Source: Eledone cirrhosa
Lineage: Eukaryota
Direction: 5' to 3'
DNA: 64,000 bases
NCBI GenBank assembly: GCA_964016885.1
Contig: OZ024740.1
Location: 66,526,001-66,590,000, forward strand
Position 1 is the first letter of the stretch. Each line of letters begins with the position of its first letter. This document shows, piece after piece, positions 55,226 through 64,000 of the stretch. The position numbers were made by a program, and so were the translations under genes. The notes beneath the pieces were generated by a model. That model was not told the DNA's origin. It saw nothing but the letters and a program-made list of their open reading frames with translations, and made no database searches.

Positions 55226-55345
55226 GATATATATATATGTATATATATAATATGTGTGTGTGTGTGTGTGTTGTGTGTGTACATATATACTACATATACC
55301 TATCTATTTCTGAGTCGCTCTCTCTCCCTCTATCTATTTATCTGA

Positions 55346-55379
<34 letters not shown>

Positions 55380-55552
55380 GCGGGTGGAGGGGAGAGAAAT
55401 ACTCGCCGTAGATGTTGTAGCAAGAAACTTTGTGGGCCTACAATCAGATGAAACAACTTTCAGTCTCTGGAATGACAAGGAGTTATTAACGGGAGACATA
55501 ATAATAAATGAGATGAGCTTGGAGCACTATGTAGGTGTATATACAATAAAAT

Positions 55553-55672
55553 AATTGTTTCTGCTTTTGCCAGAAGGCCAGCCAGCAATTACCCAATACA
55601 TTACTTGTACTTATTTTATCGACCCCCGTAACCATCAAAGGCAAAGTTAACCTCGGCGGGATTTGAAATCAC
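55553..55672 (-). mobile_element. tRNA-derived SINE, truncated copy
   Basis: Same central domain and tail as 53736-53922. Confidence 0.8.
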
Positions 55673-56453
55673 ATCATAAAAATATACACAATAAAATAAT
55701 GCATGCTAACGAACGAATCAAAAATTACAGTCAACAGATATTTAGATAGGAATGCTACTCATTCGGTGTTAAGATTTGCTTAAAAAGCAAGTAAATTTCT
55801 CCTATAATAACGGTCGATAGAGTATTAGAGCAGTTATTGGCAATACCATATGACATGTATATATGATGTTATTGTACATGTGACGAAGGAATCATATATG
55901 TTGTGATCTTGGTAGGTATCTTCCTTGGAAATCTGAAGAATAGACATGATTGGTTGTCTAAAATTTTTTTTAATTATCTGAGTAATGTTCGTACGAGTAG
56001 CGTTGTCTGCTAAACTATATAAATTGATATAAGCGCGTGCGTGTGTGTGTGTGTGTGATCCGAATATTCTTTGCTTTCTCTGTAAACTTATCCTTAAACG
56101 CAGACATTTTTTCAGAGATAACATGTCCTGAAAAAATTCTGACATTAATTGGTAGTCTTGGGAGAAAAGAAATAATATCTGTACATTTACAATAAACATT
56201 TATTTTTGCTAAAAATTACTGTAAATTCGTTATTTACTGTTGCAGATATAATAAATGAGACTAATTTCAGAGTTCACCAATATTTTCTTCAATTGTGGTT
56301 ACACTATTAAGTTTGGCTTTTAGGAAACTCCCCAAACAAATATCAATCAAATATGACAAGTGCAGCAAAAGCACATAATTGCCATCAGAGCTCCCACATT
56401 TTCCATTAAAACGAAACCGTAAAATATATATTGTGCGCAGTACATCCAAAAAT

Positions 56454-56491
<38 letters not shown>

Positions 56492-56494
<3 letters not shown>

Positions 56495-56684
56495 ACAAAG
56501 AAAGTGTGGTACGAAAGCAGGTGGACCATAACGCACCAGTGTACTCAATACTTAGTGTAATAGAGTGGGTAATAGGGAAAGAGTCAGGACCCCGACGGCT
56601 GAGCACGTTCGTCTTGACAGCTGCTCGGATCTAGCCATCGAAACGACAGGAGATCAACCGTCGGGGTCCTGAATCTTTTCCTAT
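56492..56684. repeat. Relative of the 9478-9678 repeat, with its own terminal foldback
   Basis: ATAGGGAAAGAGTCAGGACCCCGACGG pairs with CCGTCGGGGTCCTGAATCTTTTCCTAT; upstream similarity to 9478-9560. Confidence 0.75.
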
Positions 56685-57726
56685 ATACATATATGTATAT
56701 ATATATATATATGTATATATAAGTATGTATACGTACATACATATATGTATACAGACGTACAGTAGTATGTATATATATAAATACATGCACACATATATAT
56801 ATATGTACGTATGGATTTACCGAACATTTATTATAATGCTCGGTTTGTTTGTAAACAAACAAACATCCCGAATTAAGCCGTAGAGTGTTTAGAAACCATC
56901 GTTGCCCATTTGTTCAATACTGACAAAGGAACGATGTATTAGTTTCAAGCATATTAGCTATCGTCAGCACCGTATACCTTCCTGCCAGATGATTGAACGT
57001 CTGAAAGTATATACTTCCCACATGCATATTAACGGCTGAGCAGCCTAATTTGCATATCGAGTGAGTTAATCGGCCGGGCGCACCGATAACATTTTTTTCC
57101 ATTTATATATATATATATATATATATATATGTTAGAATTGGCGCTCTGAAATAGCAGTATATATATTAATGTATATATAGTGTATTTTGCAATACACTGT
57201 ATGCTTAATTAAAAGCATTTCGAAGACCTTACGCTATTGTTTTAGAGTAGTGAGCGTCTCACTTACTTTAAATTTTCAGCAAACAAGGGAGATAAAGCTG
57301 ACAGAGCTCTGTTTCGTAGTGATTGGTACTTATCAAAGCCAAATACTCCACCTGTTTGCTGAAAATCATGATGTTTGATTCTTATAGAATTTCTAGTAAT
57401 AATCAGGAACTGATTATACAGAGCGGTTGCCGCTCAAGCAGAAATTGAAAACGATATATGGAGGGGGGGGGGGGTTGCCATGTATATGAAGAAATATAAG
57501 ACAATAAAATGAAGAAAACACAAAATAAATAATAAATAGAGAATATGTTCCTCGTGGGCTACACGCTATACGTGGTACGAGTTGTTATGCTAGAAATAAT
57601 AGCCTTATCACACTCAGTTTATAAGCTCACCTATTAGGGGCCGAAATACAAATAAAATACCGAGTTATAAAGTCATATTGATACCCTGCAATTAAACAAG
57701 CTCAAAGTATAAATACTGTGCATATG

Positions 57727-57894
57727 GGTAGAGGGTCGGACGCCATGCTTTCCAGCATAGTTACGTCCCTTTACGGTCTGAGTTCAAATCCCGCCGAGGT
57801 TGACTTTGCCTTTCATCCTTACGGGGTCGGTAAAATAAAGTACCAGTAATGCACTGGGTAATTTGCTGGCCTTGTGCCTAAAGTAGAAACAATT
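57727..57894 (+). mobile_element. tRNA-derived SINE nested between inverted arms (57646-57692 and 57901-57947)
   Basis: GGTAGAGGGTCGGACG...GAGTTCAAATCCCGCCGAGG...AGTAGAAACAATT. Flanks CATATTGATACCCTGCAAT and ATTGCAGGGTATCAATATG are complementary. Confidence 0.88.
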
Positions 57895-58014
57895 ATATTA
57901 TATTGCAGGGTATCAATATGAGTTAAAAACTGTGTATTTTATTTGTACTACGCCTACTGAAGAAATTGAGGCCCAGAACCCAATAAACTTGAGTATCTGT
58001 TTATGTCACTGTTG

Positions 58015-58072
<58 letters not shown>

Positions 58073-58148
58073 GTTGTTACTTCTGTTTACCTTTTACATA
58101 TATTTATATATATACATATATATATATATATACACACACACACAGACA

Positions 58149-58203
<55 letters not shown>

Positions 58204-58399
58204 TAATAGTATGTCTATATGAACACAGAGTGTAAACGATATTCAGAGTGAATGCGTATATACCCATCAAAAACATGTTTCATTTTGTGTGATTCGATGG
58301 TTTACACGTTTTCGCAGGAAAACGTGCTGACTGAAGTAACTTCGTTTCACCTCTTAGATAAGTTATTTTAACTAAACATCTCTATAATCCCTAAGTATA

Positions 58400-59070
58400 T
58401 CATGAAATTGTATGTCAGCCCAACCCATTCCAAATGAGAACGAACCGCAACAAAACCATTAAGATCACTACAACCCTAGGCTTCATTGTAACTGAGGATT
58501 TCTCCTGGCAGAGGCACATTCTCAATATAGTAAATACCCTAGCAAAAAGGCAGGCCTTCAAGAATGATACAGATAATTAAAGTTCTCTACAACTGTTAAC
58601 CTATTTCCATATCAGGGTATACAAGAATGGAGTGCTCCTCCAGGATATATGACAGTCCACTTATTCTTACAGACATCCTAGACCTCATAATTCAAGTATC
58701 CAAACGACTGATTTCTATGAAATTGATCAACACTATACACCAATTTCTGGCCCAGGGACTAATTGTTTTCACCACTAATTCATTGGATTCATTTGGCAAG
58801 CTGTTGTAATTCCCCCATCTTTCAGGCACGTCCGTCATGCGAGTCACATTTTATCAACCACAATGCCAAATCCTCTTAACCACAGAAGGTCGGCTCTCTG
58901 GAACTCTCCAGTTACCCCTGTTTTCTCAACAGCCGTGTATTTGCAATTGTTCAAGAAGAACGTTGAATACAGGTATCTAATCGGTTCAGAAGATACTGAA
59001 AATGCATTACTCCTTACTCGAAAGAAAATCATTAAACCGAATATATCTTATTTGATTCTGAGTTAATTAC
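58400..59070 (+). mobile_element. Degenerate CR1/L2/Jockey-group LINE 3' fragment
   Basis: LGFIVTEDFSWQRHILNIV and RMECSSRIYD resemble the LG....DLSW..HI and R.MEY.S.IW blocks. Confidence 0.6.
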
Positions 59071-60504
59071 TAGCTAGTTAGAACTAGTACGATAAATTAT
59101 TTATATAACTGTCCAACAGGACAGTAAATAACTCTATATTTAAGGCTTAGCCCGAGAACAAAACCTGCAATTATATTGACACTGTGAATACCCAAATGTA
59201 GTTGAGATTGTACAGCAAGACGAGGGTTTCCGTCCTACCGAAATATAAAAAAAAGATTATGCCTTGTGAGAACGGATTATACGTATTGTATATAATCGAA
59301 TGTTATATTTTCTTATAAAAAAAAACGATTATCTTATTTCTTTTAGTAAATATATTTCTCCACAATACACGATTCTCTTCAGCAAGAAATCCTACAACGT
59401 AAGATTTAGGATCAAATTGATATTAACCGTGTTCGCTATTTACAGTTTATTTCAAGTACTGAATGACGTATATAAATGTAATGCTGCCACAACGTCTTAT
59501 TTAATCTTATATCAATTTGGGTCTCGAAAGCTAATTACAATAGACCAATAAATGTAATATCATATGCTAGATTTTAACTTCAAAAGAATAGTTTAATTTA
59601 TTAGGATTCGATTTAGGGTAGAATCAAATATCGCTGACTCGTTCTTTTCCTTGGTCTATGAATACGTATGAAATAATCAAGACACTAATACAGATACATT
59701 CTACGTGATCGTTTTGCACGCTTTTACCTGTAGAATTTATTTTAGTCTACAAAGTCAAAAATATTTGAAATCGAACAAACTTTCGCTTCATTGTCGATAT
59801 GCCAATTTCCAAAACGCTTGTCCATCATGAGAAATTATGCCCTGAAGCTTATTTCATAAAACAAAAATAAGGTGATGAAACGTTTCCACAATCAATATTT
59901 GATCTATTGTTTTATGAATGTTTTCCTGCTCTTTCTGGATATTTTCTCTCACGTAGTGTTTACTATGTCAATAAAACTTTACGTTCATTTTATGTTTCCT
60001 TATATGACATACTTGGTCGAATTCCAATATAGGAAAATGTGGTTGCTTTTATGATATCGATTTTAAGAATTGGCGAGTGTATAGATCTTCAGACTTACTT
60101 AAAATATCCACTTCAAATATTTTAAGTGTCCAAAGTGTGCAAACTGAATATAGAAAAATATATCGCAGAATGTCATGTATGAAATTATCATGTAGTAAGC
60201 GATATATTACACTGGTTGTATGCGTATAGTTTTACACGGTTTCATATAAAATTTCACATAATTTTCGCTAAATATACCAACATTCATGTTATAATATATA
60301 TTTTCATATTTCATTAATTACTAATAATAGTAGAAATCATTAATTACTTACAATAATTGTCGAATATTTATTCTTACAGAGTAATGTTTGTATATTACTC
60401 AAATTTTCCCGTAAACATTAGCTTCTTTTGTCACATATATATATATATTTGAATAATATTTTCCACCATCAAACAATATCACACCGATACGTATTTATAT
60501 AAAC

Positions 60505-60646
60505 GTGGTTGGTGTTAGGAAGGCCATCCAGCCGTAGAAAACCTGCCAGACAGTCCTATACGAGCAAGACATCCAATCTTGCCTATGTGGGACAATTCCC
60601 GTCTAAACCCATGCTAGCGTGGAAGATAGTCGTTAAAAGATGAGGA

Positions 60647-60650
<4 letters not shown>
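60505..60650 (+). mobile_element. 3' part of a second SINE family with an RTE-like tail
   Basis: GGTTGGTGTTAGGAAGGCCATCCAGCCGTAGAAA...AACCCATGCTAGCGTGGAAG...CGTTAAAAGATGAGGATGAT ends in a (GAT)n-like tail; family recognised from memory only. Confidence 0.55.
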
Positions 60651-60697
<47 letters not shown>

Positions 60698-61920
60698 AGT
60701 GGGTGTAAGTATGTATGTGTGCGTGTGTGTGTGAGTGGGTGTAAGTATGTGTGTAGGTGTTCGTGTGTGTATATAACACTGTGCCAGTCCAGACCTTTTA
60801 CTTTAAGAAATATATTGGTCTTTTTTGTCTAGTAAATAAAATGATCACTTCTTAATCTCTGAAAGATTATGTCATTTGAATTATTTTTTGTTTATAAATA
60901 TTATTATCTTTAAGTGATTCGATTTCATTTTATCGTCTTTTGTATACATTAACCCGCTTATCACGGTTGGTTTTAAATTTTGATCACTACTAAAGAGTAA
61001 AGAAATATAACAATATGATAGTTAAATAATAAGATTAAAATTGATAGTCATTCAGATACTTTTTAAATTAATTTTTGTTATTATACTAAAGATTTGTGTC
61101 ATCTCTACTATGTATTTAGGACTTTTCAAACTATTTCACCAAATGAACGAAATCCAGATACTCTATATCAAAGGTCAGTTTTGTCGGATATATCTGTAAG
61201 AATCTCCCGAATCTGCGAACAAAGCTATCTTCAACGACAATGTGGGCACCTATACGGAAGCACTTGATGGTCCCGGATTCAATTGCAAACCATCATTTTT
61301 CCGAGACCAGCGCGAACAGCGCACACAAACACATCTCTTAAAAAGCTATTTACACCCGAGTCATGATGCCCATACAAGCTCATCACGCGCATCTACAGTC
61401 ACTATGATTGTAAAACTAATAAATCTACTGATTACCACCCACTGAATAAATATATGCATGCAAACAACAATGCCCTACAGAAACGAACAAGCTCCTGAAT
61501 ATATGACTCCAGAATATATCACGGCAGCCAGGTTGAAATCTAAATTCCCAATGATTACTTCATAGTAATACATAGAAACTTCTCACGAATTTATAAATAC
61601 CAGACAGTCCTTAATAAACAATCCTATTCAACTATATTTATACTAGGATAAATATTATGCGTCTGTGAAAACTTAACAAAAACTATCCTTCTTGACATCA
61701 CCATGACGGTGTCATCAAAATTTAATTGTGGGGAAAAACACAAAACCAGCATACTCACGCTCCAGCTTCAGCAGCATCCTTGCTTAAATTTAGAACGTGA
61801 TCGCATCACAAGAAAAACGTGGAACAGGACCGTAACTGCAAACTGCCATCAAAATCTCTTAAAGGGAAAGATCCAATGTAAAAATATAGTAGATTGGTGT
61901 GAGATAACCTCCATCGAAAA

Positions 61921-61975
<55 letters not shown>

Positions 61976-62232
61976 GTGTGTGTGTGTGTGTATGTGTGTG
62001 TGTGTGTGTGTGTGAGAGAGAGTTTCGGATTCAATCGGCGGTAACCATAGTAAATAAGGTACCCAATAGATTGTATACATCACATTTAATTTAGAAATAG
62101 TTTCTACATGTCTAGAACTGTTTCATTGGGGCTTTCCTAATGATTTCCTTCGAATGAAAAAGTTCTATATTAAATTTGTTATAATTATACACACACACAC
62201 ACACACATACAGCCCCCCCCCCATATATATAT

Positions 62233-62587
62233 ATAAACATTTGTATATGTATAATAAAGCCAAAACAATGCAGGTATCGACATAGAATAAAGAATGCAAA
62301 TGCAAAGATATTGTTGACAATTAGTCTTTTACCTTAGATTTATTTAAATGTTCTTAATTTTCGAGATAATATCTCTTCTTCGTAGGGAAGTAAAGCGATT
62401 AAACCAGTGTTCTAAATAACTTGCCAAGTCATGCTGACAGGAAATGGTATAAAGTATCTGTTCTATCTCTAATATCAAAGAGTTAAGGTTAGGTGGATAA
62501 AGAGTAGTCTCCCTTTAAAAGGTTTTTTTTTGTACATGCCTGTTTAAGTGTGTGGGAGAATGCTTGAACGTGTAAGTATGTGTGTGT

Positions 62588-62626
<39 letters not shown>

Positions 62627-63195
62627 AAGATATGTCTATACGTAAATGTGGGGGATAGATGTTATCTCGTGTTAGAACTGGTCTTTGTGTATGTATGTGT
62701 GTGTGTGAGAGATAATAAGTGGAGGTGCAAGCGTGTGTGTATGTGCGTGTGTGTCGCAGGGAGGATGTAAATATGGGGCTAGATGCTCTATCAAGTTATA
62801 AATTGGGTGTTGAGTTCTAGTCTATTATTGATTGGTGGTTGTGTTTTGTCTATAATTAGTGCTTCCTTAATTCTGAGATTGCCGAGGTTTCTTTCCTTAA
62901 TTTCTATCCTAACTGTTATGGTTTTGTCGGTGTTTTTGCATTTAACTAGGTGTTTCTTAAATGAGGAAGCGTTAGTATTGAGGTGTTATGTTATTCGTAT
63001 GTGGAGTGGTATGGTTGTATTACCTACTTAGAAGTTGCTGCATTTGTCGCACTCTAGTCTGTATACGACGTAAGCCTGGTGGCATAAGTCTCTGTCGTTG
63101 ATGGGACAGTTGGCTAGCCTGCAGCGGTTGTCATGTCTGGTGGAGTGTCTGTTGGTTAGCTGTCCGCGTAGAGAAGGACCTGAGTGGGCTAGTTG
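62233..63195 (-). mobile_element. 5'-truncated Penelope-like element (GIY-YIG + pLTR), left arm of an inverted pair
   Basis: Minus strand CRLANCPI...LCHQAYVVYRLECDKCSNF*VGNT...LRIKEALII...PPINNRLE, followed by a pLTR. Confidence 0.88.
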
Positions 63196-63196
63196 G

Positions 63197-64000
63197 ATAT
63201 CTACGTAGGTAGCACCACCAGACCACTCCACATAAGCATAAAAGAACACCTCAATACTAACGCTTCCTCATTTAAGAAACACCTAGTTAAATGCAAAAAC
63301 ACCGACAAAACCATAACAGTTAGGATGGAAACTAAGGAAAGAATCCTCGGCAATCTTAGAATTAAAGAAACACTAATTATAGACAAAACACAACCACCAA
63401 TCAATAATAGACTAGAACTCAACACGCAATTCATAAATGATAGAGCATCTAGCCCCGTATTTAACACACACACGCCCGCACACACACACTCACACACACA
63501 CGCTTACACCTCCACTTATCCACTTATTCTCTGTCACACACACACATACACACACAAAGACCAGTTCTTACACGAGATAACATCTATCCCCCACATTTAC
63601 GTATAGACATATCTTCTCACACTGTCTCTCACACACACACACATAATTACACCTTCACGCATTCTCCCACACACTTAAACAGGCATTTACAAAAAAAAAA
63701 AAACCTTTTAAAGGGAGATTACTCTTTATCCACCTAACCTCAACTCTTTGATATTAGAGATAGAACAGATACTCTATACCATTTCCTGTCAGCATGACGT
63801 GGCAAGTTATTTAGAACACTGGTTTAACCGCTTTACTTCCCTGCGAAGAAGAGATATTATCTCGAAAATTAAGGACATTTAAATAAATCTAAGGTCAATT
63901 ATTATTGACTAATTGTCAATAATATCTTTTGCATTTGCATTCTTTATTCTATGTCCATACCTGCATTGTTTTGGCTATATTATACATATACAAACGTTTA
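63197..64000 (+). mobile_element. Shorter inverted copy of the same Penelope element (right arm), with a hammerhead-like motif at 63839-63875
   Basis: IYVGSTTRPLHISIKEHL...LRIKETLII; reverse complement of 62233-63030. The motif reads GCGAAGA-A-GAGAT-att-ATCTC-GAAA-ATTA-AGG. Confidence 0.88.

Noticed and set aside
55834-56199. 121-aa minus-strand ORF / possible exon
   Set aside because: Contains a (CA)n tract and no motif; unsupported.
61700-61870. Possible minus-strand first exon ending ATGCTGCTGAAGCTGGAGC|GTGAGT
   Set aside because: A donor-like site alone is insufficient without transcript data.

Overview
AT-rich, microsatellite-dense eukaryotic DNA with no recognisable host protein-coding gene. 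The SINE family and the (TA)n/(CA)n/(GA)n load suggest a coleoid cephalopod such as Octopus; this is an inference, not verified. The window is a graveyard of retroelements: at least six Penelope-like element (PLE, RT + GIY-YIG) fragments, a near full-length but disrupted L1/Tx1-clade LINE (47.0-52.7 kb), RTE, CR1/L2-like and R4/Dong LINE relics, a deleted mariner, several tRNA-derived SINE copies and a ~600 bp non-autonomous RTE derivative in three copies. The main signals are: (1) a Naiad-like PLE whose RT-EN frame is broken only by a single TGA at a zinc-finger Cys position (possible selenocysteine recoding, or just a nonsense mutation), followed by a hammerhead ribozyme (HHR); (2) a recurring 'foldback + hammerhead' mini-element architecture, with one HHR having an intact catalytic core (55116-55178); (3) perfect palindromes centred on (TA)n tracts; (4) a repeat-free cluster of Pbx/Hox-type TGATTGAT sites. 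The many [12 protein letters not shown] ORFs in the track are microsatellite artefacts. All calls were made by eye, and boundaries of degenerate elements are approximate.
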